Source: Tubiluchus corallicola (Eukaryota; Animalia; Priapulida). From it: a DNA stretch of 64,000 nucleotides. Position numbers and translations under genes: made by a program. A model generated the notes under the pieces. The model worked only from the letters and a program-made list of their open reading frames with translations, was not told the origin of the DNA and did not search any database. Shown in pieces: positions 57,401-64,000 of this stretch. The stretch is taken from assembly GCA_030141605.1 (NCBI GenBank), contig JAQGDQ010000695.1, forward strand, positions 47,208-111,207, given 5' to 3'. Numbering within the stretch: the stretch's first letter is position 1; every line of letters begins with the position of its first letter.

Positions 57401-60400
57401 AGGTAAATGTGTTGCGGGCAATCAAAAAGCAGGGCTTGTTAGATTGCCCCACACAGTGAAAGAAAAAAAGTAATGCAGATAATCTGAAAATTTAAAGTGA
57501 ATCGTGATAAAAAACCATTAGTGCTTAAAATGGAATGATGTAATGAATGAAGCTCATATATGAGATGATATAAAAGATATGAGATGATAGATTTTATACT
57601 GATTGACCAAACTACAGTTTTGTATTAAAATGCCATTTTAAATTATTTTAGCATCAATTAGGCCTGTTTCGGATTGTTTTTCTAATAGTTATTGTAACAC
57701 GGAACAATTCATCAATCCTTTATGTGTCCTAATCATTTCTATCCTCCTAAATTCATATTTTTATGATATTATGGCAATTATGCAATATCAAGCTAGCATT
57801 TGTGATGTCAAGCTAGCATTTGTGATGTCAAGCTAGCATTTGTAATATCAAGCTAGCATTTGTAATATCAAGTAAGCATTTGCAGTATCAAGTTGGCATT
57901 TGTAATATCAAGTTGGCATTTGTAATATCAAGTAAGCATTTGCAAAATCAAGTAAGCATTTGTAATATCAAGTTAGCATTTGTAATATCAAGTTGGCATT
58001 TGTAATATCAAGTAAGCATTTGCAATATCAAGTAAGCATTTGTAATATCAAGTTAGCATTTGTAATATCAAGTTGGCATTTGTAATATGAAGCTATCATT
58101 TTGCAATATCAAGTTAGCATTTGCAATATCAAGTTAGCATTTGTAACATCAAGCTAGCATTTGTAACATCAAGTTAGCATTTGTAACATCAAGCTAGCAT
58201 TTGTAACATCAAGTTAGCATTTGTAATATCAAGTTAGCATTTGTAACATCAAGTTAGCATTTGTGGTATCAAACTAGCATTTGCAAGGCCAAGTTAGCAT
58301 TATGATAACTGACTAGACTTGAGTATGTTTTCTGCATATGATGATATTACCTTGATTTAGGAAGTGCCGTTTGATCGATACCTGAGAAAGCAAGGATATC
58401 TGATGCACTATGAACTATGAATTTATTTTCACATCAAAATACAATATCAAACACATTAAGAAACTTTAAATAAAATAATTTGAGTAGTGCGAGGTGAGTG
58501 TACGACTATACGGTCATTAACACACTCACCTTACTTAAATAAAAAAATGATTATAGTTATGCATGCTTCTGTAGATAACTTGATGTAAATAAGGATGAAG
58601 TAAATGATGTAATAATTTGAGTAGTGCGAGGTGAGTGTATGACCATACGGTCATTAACACACTCACCTTACTTAAATGAAAAAATGATTATAATTATGCA
58701 TGCTTCTGTAGATAACTTAATGTAAATAAGGATGAAGTAAATGATGTAATAATTTGAGTAGTGCGAGGTGAGTGTATGACCATACGGTCATTAACACACT
58801 CACCTTAAATGAAAAAATGATTATAATTATGCATGCTTCTGTAGATAACTTAATGTAGATACGGATGAAGTAAATGATGTAATAATAGCAATGGTATAAG
58901 AGCAATGAACCTGAAAGTTGAGAAAGGAAAACATAATATGTAATTACGATTTGAGTGAGCCTTAAGGAATGGAAAAAATTTTTTTAAATAGTTTCGAATA
59001 TAAATTATGTGATTATCTGTCAATGCACCACTTATTTGTATTACAATGCACCATATTGCTAACTTATATAAACAATGATATACATATACACATGTATGTA
59101 CCCAAATTTAAGTGGGGGAGAAGAGATTAAATTATACATTATACTTGTAGTAATAACTATAATTGTATAGAACATTTAAATTATATTTGATGGTAGTAAT
59201 GTAGCCATCATAACCATTAAAGATGGGCTATGGTGAGGGGGGGGGCAAATTATAGGAATATAAGTGATTCATTAGCAAAATTAATGCTACAATAATACAT
59301 TCAAAATTGTTTGTATCACTGATATTTGCTGGTTATAAGCTAAGAGCATTCAAGGGCTTATTTTCCATGTGGAAACAGATACAGATACAGGCTGCGATGA
59401 ATGAATAATTTTACACAAATTATTCAATTAACAGAGACAACTGTGATTAATTTATCTGTTATTTTATAGTAAGTCCTAATTTTGTCTTTGCTTTGCGAAA
59501 TCGATTTAATAATACATGTGGTCATTGACAGGTTTTTGGCGACGAGGCAAACCTGGTGAAGATCGAAGACGTTCAGCTGCAGGACCTCGGGCAAGTCGGA
59601 GAAGTGAACATCACGAAAGATGATACTCTACTGCTAAACGTAAGAAACTATACCTGATGCGTGATTTCTGTCTTATGTTTTAATGCAAATGCTAGCACAG
59701 CATTTATAATATCAAAGTAGCATTTGCAATACCAAGTTAGCATTTGTAATATCCAAGCTAGCATTTGTAATATCCAAGCTAGCATTTGCAATGCCAAGTT
59801 AGCATTTGTAATATCCAAGCTACATTTGCAATGCCAAGTTAGCATTTGTAATATCCAAGCTAGCATTTGCAATGCCAAATTAGCGTTTGTAATATCCAAG
59901 CTAGCATTTGCAATACCAAGTTAGCATTTGTAATATCCAAGCTAGGATTTGTAATACCAAGTTAGCATTCGTAATATCAAACTAGCATTTGCAAGACCAA
60001 GTTAGCATTATGATAATTGACTAGACTTGAGTAGGTTTTCTGCATATGATGATATTACCTTGATTTAGGAAGTGCCGTTTGATCGATACCTGAGAAAGCA
60101 AGGATATCTGATGCATCAGGGGTTGTTGATTTCTCTGTTTTTCTTCTCTGAAGTTTTTCCTGCTTCTTGTTTTGTACAAACTATCACCACTAGAACATTG
60201 ACTTAGTAATTGCTTGTACCAAGTGGTACTTCATGAATGTCACCTAGTTAAAAAAGCTTCCTGATTCATTGAAACGTTTTGCTGTTAAAAAAGGTAATGA
60301 AAAAACTGACACAGAGGCAGTAACTCTCGGGCAGTCACTCTGTAAACACTCTGTCTTTCATGCACTCTGTCTCTGGTGAAGTAGACACTAAACTGCTTCA

Positions 60401-62578
60401 AAGTTTGGCTAATTGGAAAAGCTTCCTGATTCAGTGAAGTGTTTTGCTGTTAAAAAAATGGTAACGAAAAAACTGACACAGAGGGAGTAACTCTCGGGCA
60501 GTCACTTTGTAAACTCAGTCACTGAGTATAAACATTGTTTTTATACTGTGTATGTAACAGATGAGGCCTGAGTGTGAAGGAATACCATTTTTTTATATAC
60601 AATAAACTACGTACATTCTTGCGTATCTCGAATGGATCTCGTGGAACCCATTTTCTCCGCCATTTTTCTCTTCACCAAACATCTCGTAACTCGAAATTGC
60701 CCTGCCCATCTCGGACGACGTCCCAAGCGAGAAATCCTGTGCGAAAGCGTGCACCACATTACGATTTTAACTGCTAGTTTCGGCAAAAATGCCAAGATTT
60801 CTTGTATTACCTTAGCATAACGTTGAATACAACGTGGCTTAACGAACGTGGTGTAATAACTAAATCACGATATTATTATTGCCAAATTCTGTTAACATTG
60901 CTACTCAGATTACAATAGAGGTGGATAGAGGTGGACCTGTCAATTTATTTTTGATTATTTATAAAAAAAACTGTTGTTTTATATTTGATTAAAGGCTCAG
61001 TTTGCTGTTTTTACAGGCTGTAGTGTTACTAGTGTATTGTCCGATGTTGATGAGTGCCTCAAAATTGTTTTCTTATGAACATTGTCCAACTCGCAGCCTC
61101 GCATAACTTCGAACTAATTTTACGCACGCGGGGTGTTCGAGTTTTGCGTAGTTTATTGTATACAGCTCAGATTCGTTCATTTTTGGTCGTGCAGTTTCAC
61201 GGCCAACGTTTAAATTGTTGACGGTTTTTTCGACAAATTGATGTTAAATTTGCGAATTTGTTAGCTGATTTTACTTGTAAAGTTAATTAAGTGCGATGGT
61301 CGTCTGCAGGGTAAGGGTAAGAAAGAGGACGTAGACAGACGCATTGCACAGATAAAAGATGAATTGGAGCTGTCGACGTCGGATTATGAAAAGGAGAAGC
61401 TGAACGAACGACTCGCTAAACTCAGCAAAGGTGTCGCCGTTGTCAAAGTAAGTGACGCAGTTGCTGCTGCTGCTACTTTGTTTTGTCAATTTGTTGAAAG
61501 TAAAATGTGTGGTAAAGCAATAATGTTAGATTGCAAGGAATTCAAATTTTTGTTGCTTTTTAAACCATTTGTGTGCTTCCATAGCAAAATCGGTAATTAA
61601 GCTTTCTAGCTGTTCACGTATATTGAATTTCCATTTCATGAGGATCGTTTTGATACCAAGTTCATCACTCAATGTTATTTCTAAGCTGAGATAATCCACG
61701 TTGAAGTTGAGGTGCAGGCTGCACACTTAAGTTAAAGTCAGCCATTGTTCTAGATATTCACTTATCCTGAATCTCCATTTCATGAGGATCATTTTGATAC
61801 CAAGTTCATCACTCTATGTTATTTCTAAGCTGAGATAATCACCGTTGAAGTTGAGGTGCAGGCTGTGCAGTAAAAAACATAATCTTGAGAAAATCACTGT
61901 TAAAGTCAGCCATTGTTTTTTCTCACGTTTCTACAAAACGCTTAGCAACCGCACAAATGTTGGTTGCTACGGACTTTGCAAGAACACATTGAAAGTTATG
62001 TTTAAATCCAGTAGATGGCTTTTTCTGATGAAGATCTGGGCTTTGCAACAGAAAAAAACCTGAAGCAAAATGACAGCTTCCACAAGTTACTATCAGAGTT
62101 TGAAAACTCAAGTTTTTTACAATTGCAGTACTAATTTCTAGCCTGAAAAGTGTGTACGGGGTTATAAAGTTAGATTTTTGGTATTTTTTTGAACATTTTC
62201 TTGATGCTAAAATATAAAAGTCCAATATATTTGGCATTTATTTTTATAAAAAAACTGGCATTTAATCAAATTTTTGGTGCATTCTACTTTGAAGCATCAT
62301 AACATAGTTTTAACTATGCCGACTTATAGGCAGTTTTGCTTTGCAAGCAACAAATTTAACGAATCTACTTCTTAATTTAAAGATACAATTTGACATTTTT
62401 CAGGTGGGCGGTTCCAGCGAAATGGAGGTGAACGAAAAGAAGGACCGGTATAATGACGCTCTGAACGCCACCAGGGCGGCGGTAGAGGAGGGCATCGTTC
62501 CCGGTGGTGGCGTGGCATTGTTACGATGCTTGCCGGCTTTAGACGCTATTAAACCCGAAAACGACGATCAAAAGATAG
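47301..62578 (+). CDS. HSPD1: Mitochondrial 60 kDa chaperonin HSP60 (cpn60), 9 coding exons; C-terminal exons not in the window
   Basis: Exons 47301-47468, 48660-48912, 52338-52516, 54274-54367, 55164-55332, 57123-57222, 59532-59639, 61310-61447 and 62404-62578. Motifs include the transit peptide plus [56 protein letters not shown] and [12 protein letters not shown]. Acceptor at 47273-47274 implies an upstream non-coding exon (likely donor GTATGT at ~43722). Confidence 0.97.
48011..48430. repeat. (TTA)n microsatellite (similar tracts at 4270-4450 and 29738-30015)
   Basis: Direct inspection. Confidence 0.97.
49036..49781 (-). mobile_element. Same element, 4 internal 137-bp units
   Basis: Direct sequence match to 19284-19890. 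Confidence 0.65.
50068..50167 (+). mobile_element. Short 3' fragment of the 5S-derived SINE family
   Basis: TGCTCAGCCACAGTCGATGCTGCA...GAGACAGAAGGATGCCAACA; the flanks share a degenerate ~30-bp duplication (ATCTAGTA.TG..ATGTTGGGAGC.TGGGT). Confidence 0.7.
50531..51160 (-). mobile_element. Second full copy of the CAGTG-ended MITE
   Basis: Reverse complement of 21734-22304, flanked by TA. Confidence 0.8.
51516..52153 (-). mobile_element. hAT-type MITE, same family, with a duplicated terminus
   Basis: One TIR at 51516 and two candidate opposite ends (~52013 and 52153); the outer end has TSD ctataaac/atataaac. Confidence 0.8.
52511..52771 (+). repeat. 19-22-bp tandem array that multiplies an HSP60 splice donor
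   Basis: About 13 units of GTGAAGGTGAGTGAT(GAT)CACC. Confidence 0.93.
53848..54192. mobile_element. Second copy of the CAGTC-ended MITE, opposite orientation
   Basis: Same terminal inverted repeats and TA flanks as 20671-20940. Confidence 0.8.
54430..54905 (-). mobile_element. 5S rRNA-derived SINE (SINE3-type), longest copy in the window
   Basis: The minus strand begins with the 3' half of 5S rRNA (CCTGGTTAGTGCTTGGATGGGTGACCGCCTAGGAATACCAGGTGCTGTAGGCTT, 54849-54902), followed by a GC-rich body and the tail ...GAGACAGAAGGATGCCAACA. The body and tail recur at 1-213, 3704-3918 and 50068-50167. Confidence 0.8.
55341..57005. repeat. ~22-bp minisatellite filling most of an HSP60 intron
   Basis: Units TCTAATTTTGTTTACTTTGTAG / TCTAATTTTGTTTACTTTGTTG and variants. 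Confidence 0.96.
57780..58302. repeat. 20-bp minisatellite upstream of snoRNA copy 1 (related 20/21-bp array at 59690-60010)
   Basis: AATATCAAGTTAGCATTTGT units. Confidence 0.93.
58333..58407 (+). ncRNA. SNORD49: Intronic box C/D snoRNA, SNORD49/U49-like (copy 1)
   Basis: TGCA terminal stem, box C ATGATGA (58338-58344), guide TAGGAAGTGCCG followed by t and D' TTGA (58371-58374), box D CTGA (58400-58403). The guide is complementary (one U-U mismatch) to conserved 28S rRNA CGGCUCUUCCUA and matches the vertebrate U49 guide as recalled. Confidence 0.82.
58408..59153 (-). mobile_element. Same element, 3 internal 137-bp units, abutting the snoRNA 3' end
   Basis: Direct sequence match to 19284-20036. 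Confidence 0.65.
60041..60115 (+). ncRNA. SNORD49: Intronic box C/D snoRNA, SNORD49/U49-like (copy 2)
   Basis: Identical to 58333-58407, located in the next HSP60 intron. Confidence 0.82.
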
Positions 62579-62660
62579 GTAAGGGTTTTCCCGACAAAAT
62601 CTCGTTTACTATCATTTGTGTATTTTTTGCCGTAATGGTAAACAAATTGGTTTTATCGTA

Positions 62661-62873
62661 AACAAAACAATGGCAAACAATGAAACACAAATATTTCTGT
62701 AACAAAACAATGGCAAACGATGAAACACAAATATTTCTGTAACAAAACAATGGCAAACAATGAAACACAAATATTTCTGTAACAAAACAATGGCAAACAA
62801 TGAAACACAAATATTTCTGTAACAAAACAATGGCAAACGATGAAACACAAATATTTCTGTAACAAAACAATGG
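62661..62873. repeat. 40-bp minisatellite, 5 copies, at the inverted-duplication breakpoint
   Basis: AACAAAACAATGGCAAAC(A/G)ATGAAACACAAATATTTCTGT. Confidence 0.95.
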
Positions 62874-64000
62874 GTTCCACGAGATCCATTCGAGATACGC
62901 AAGAATGTACGTAGTTTTTTTATTGTATATAAAAAAATGGTATTCCTTCACACTCAGGCCTCATCTGTTACATGGGCCACAGTATAAAAACAATGTTTAT
63001 ACCAGTGACTGAGTTTACAAAGTGACTGCCCGCAGAGTTACTCCCTCTGTGTCAGTTTTTTCGTTACCATTTTTTAACAGCAAAACACTTCACTGAATCA
63101 GGAAGCTTTTCCAATTAGCCAAACTTTGAAGCAGTTTAGTGTCTACTTCACCAGAGACAGAGTGCATGAAAGACAGAGTGTTTACAGAGTGACTGCCCGA
63201 GAGTTACTGCCTCTGTGTCAGCTTTTTCATTACATTTTTTAACAGCAAAACGTTTCACTGAATCAGGAAGCTTTTTTAACTAGGTGACATTCATGAGGTA
63301 ACACTTGGTACAAGCAATTACTAAGTCAATGTCCTAGTAGTGATAGTTTGTACAAAACAAGAAGCAGGAAATACTTCAGAGAAGAAAAACAGAGAAATCA
63401 ACAACCCCTGATGCATCAGATATCCTTGCTTTCTCAGGTATCGATCAAACGGCACTTCCTAAATCAAGGTAATATCATCATATGCAGAAAACCTACTCAA
63501 GTCTAGTCAATTATCATAATGCTAACTTGGTCTTGCAAATGCTAGTTTGATATTACGAATGCTAACTTGGTATTACAAATCCTAGCTTGGATATTACAAA
63601 TGCTAACTTGGTATTGCAAATGCTAGCTTGGATATTACAAACGCTAATTTGGCATTGCAAATGCTAGCTTGGATATTACAAATGCTAACTTGGCATTGCA
63701 AATGCTAGCTTGGATATTACAAATGCTAGCTTGGATATTACAAATGCTAACTTGGTATTGCAAATGCTACTTTGATATTATAAATGCTGTGCTAGCATTT
63801 GCATTAAAACATAAGACAGAAATCACGCATCAGGTATAGTTTCTTACGTTTAGCAGTAGAGTATCATCTTTCGTGATGTTCACTTCTCCGACTTGCCCGA
63901 GGTCCTGCAGCTGAACGTCTTCGATCTTCACCAGGTTTGCCTCGTCGCCAAAAACCTGTCAATGACCACATGTATTATTAAATCGATTTCGCAAAGCAAA
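62869..64000 (-). other. Inverted duplicate of 59487-60652, containing an antisense HSP60 exon (63848-63955) and an antisense snoRNA copy (63412-63486); runs off the window end
   Basis: The reverse complement aligns base by base with 59487-60652 apart from scattered substitutions, small indels and one missing ~40-bp minisatellite block. Confidence 0.93.

Noticed and set aside
61310-61321. GTAAG donor-like motifs right after an HSP60 acceptor (possible recursive splice site)
   Set aside because: Explained by the conserved Gly-Lys-Gly-Lys coding (GGT AAG GGT AAG); there is no independent support.

Overview
AT-rich, repeat-dense eukaryotic (invertebrate animal, probably protostome) genomic DNA with GT-AG introns; it is not prokaryotic. 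Four spliced housekeeping genes could be rebuilt exon by exon with consistent intron phases: the 3' part of MLH1 (+, ends ...YKVFERC*), a complete mitochondrial citrate synthase (+, 9 exons), a complete HSP10/HSPE1 (-, 4 exons) and, head-to-head with it, most of HSP60/HSPD1 (+, 9 coding exons; the 3' end is not in the window). An intronless ionotropic-receptor/iGluR-family gene (468 aa) is nested on the same strand inside an MLH1 intron. Two identical box C/D snoRNAs resembling SNORD49/U49 sit in adjacent HSP60 introns. The last 1.1 kb is an inverted copy of part of HSP60 (one exon plus one snoRNA in antisense), which is either a real fold-back duplication or an assembly artefact. Introns are full of MITEs (hAT, Tc1/mariner-type, piggyBac-like), a 5S-derived and a tRNA-derived SINE, LINE remnants and minisatellites; several minisatellites multiply splice signals. 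All family assignments come from motif recognition by eye; no searches were run.
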